The position numbers and the translations under genes are program-made. The notes under the pieces were generated by a model. The model was not told the origin of the DNA. It did not search any database and saw only the letters and a program-made list of their open reading frames with translations. From Marsupella aquatica (Eukaryota > Plantae > Marchantiophyta), in NCBI GenBank assembly GCA_973895155.1, contig OZ316895.1, positions 16,286,170 to 16,350,169 of the forward strand: DNA of 64,000 nt, in the 5' to 3' direction. Below, in pieces: positions 63,591-64,000 of the stretch. Positions within the stretch are counted from its first letter, which is position 1; each line of letters begins with the position of its first letter.

Positions 63591-63603
63591 TGCTCTGATA
63601 CCA
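63591..63603 (-). promoter_or_regulatory. Primer-binding site complementary to initiator tRNA-Met
   Basis: Minus strand TGGTATCAGAGCA, 2 nt inside the 5' LTR boundary. Confidence 0.95.
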
Positions 63604-63605
63604 AT

Positions 63606-64000
63606 TGTTGAGCATAGACGACGATCGCAACGGCAAGCCCATGAACCATCCAACGCACAATAGTCGACACAAGAGATACGTGGTTCACCTCCTTGAGGCT
63701 ACGTCCACGGGAACACACAAGAGAGCTTTACTGAACTCTAAGCCCGTCGGCTATACCGAGTCTCCACAGTGTAAGCTCTCCCTATCTCTCAAGTGGCTCC
63801 ATAACAATGAGCCTTGGTTCTACCTCTCCAAGCACACATGCCTCTTATGATATAGTGTGCAACTTAGTTGTACCTAACCACATAGTTGTACCTAACCACA
63901 TAGTTGTACCTAATCACGTAGTTGTACCTAACCACATAGTTGTACCTAATCACGTAGTTGTACCTAACCACATAGTTGTACCTAATCACGTAGTTGTACC
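63606..64000 (-). repeat. 5' LTR (partial)
   Basis: Near-identical to 57926-58320. Confidence 0.97.

Larger units (their letters stand above)
57926..64000 (-). mobile_element. Ty1/copia LTR retrotransposon, young, 5' LTR cut by the window end
   Basis: 3' LTR 57926-58400, PPT ~58401-58412, pol in PR-IN-RT-RH order, gag, tRNA-iMet PBS 63591-63603, 5' LTR from 63606. Confidence 0.98.

Overview
Eukaryotic land-plant nuclear DNA with short GT-AG introns, probably a bryophyte such as a liverwort (inference). Hand-spliced gene models: a ~726-aa disordered protein with a short hydrophobic segment and a C-terminal LysM domain (15740-19205, -), an unrecognised spliced gene (~21876-22566, +), THO complex subunit 7 (26110-28671, -), a DUF247/UPF0481 protein (32480-35111, +), a TOM2B-like protein (37899-38857, +), a 75-aa Cys-rich membrane protein (40942-41169, +) and an ARP-type AP endonuclease (51070-54521, +). 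Mobile and repetitive DNA: a young Ty1/copia element (57926 to beyond 64000, -) whose in-frame gag and pol are separated by one TGA, a solo LTR of the same family with a perfect GAAAT target-site duplication (45762-46146), Tourist-like MITEs, Helitron-like non-autonomous elements, LINE/SINE relics, several tandem arrays and a perfect 35-bp hairpin. No rRNA, tRNA gene or CRISPR array was seen. All models come from reading the sequence; no database search was run.
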